A stretch of 64,000 bases of DNA. Source: Escherichia phage REP4. Positions 63,839 through 64,000 of the stretch are shown here, piece by piece. The translations under genes and the position numbers were made by a program. The stretch is taken from sequence record OQ174503.1, one strand, 5' to 3'. The notes beneath the pieces are model-generated. The model was not told the origin of the DNA, searched no databases, and saw only the letters and a list, made by a program, of their open reading frames with translations. The first letter of the stretch is position 1. Every line of letters begins with the position of its first letter.

Positions 63839-64000
63839 TTATTTAAAACGGATAGTCGAATCCTTGAAGAAAAGACCAGAACATACTGTTCCTTCTACTT
63901 TCTGCCCGGTAGGTCCAATAGCACGAAATCCAGTATGTTGGAAATCATTTTCAGAGCAACCGAACCAATTATATCCAGTGATTTCAATATTAGTAAAACC
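63839..64000 (-). CDS. C-terminal 53 codons of a gene whose start lies beyond the window end
   Basis: Manual minus-strand translation ...GFTNIEITGYNWFGCSENDFQHTGFRAIGPTGQKVEGTVCSGLFFKDSTIRFK*; preceded by hairpin ggcccgaaggcc. Confidence 0.45.
   Translation of the reverse strand, partial: GFTNIEITGYNWFGCSENDFQHTGFRAIGPTGQKVEGTVCSGLFFKDSTIRFK

Overview
This window reads as a contiguous 64 kb segment of a T4-like (T-even) coliphage genome, running from hoc (partial) to gene 39, with near-complete synteny to the T4 map: hoc-inh-uvsW-uvsY-baseplate hub genes 25/26/51/27/28/29/48/54-alt-30 (ligase)-30.x-rIII-31-cd-pseT-spanins-alc-rnlA-denA-nrdB-nrdA-td-frd-32-59-33-dsbA-rnh-tail fibre genes 34/35/36/37/38-t-asiA-arn-motA-52-stp-ndd-denB-rIIB-rIIA-39. 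All identifications rest on my reading of the six-frame translations against remembered T4 proteins and motifs; no database search was run. Coding density is very high, with TATAAATA late promoters, GTTTACA-N17-TAnnnT early promoters, one MotA-box middle promoter and many tetraloop hairpins. This is a well-characterised genome type, and I did not find a clearly undescribed system. The points that differ from the T4 reference are: two full-length tandem Alt ADP-ribosyltransferase paralogs; a 68-aa ORF inserted between frd and td; no homing endonucleases or introns at any T4 insertion site in the window (td, nrdB, nrdA/nrdB junction, inh/uvsW, an unsplit gene 39); a T2-type gp38 adhesin; and a gp37 C-terminus with an autoproteolytic chaperone-like motif. 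Several small regulatory structures and repeated promoter cassettes are also reported.
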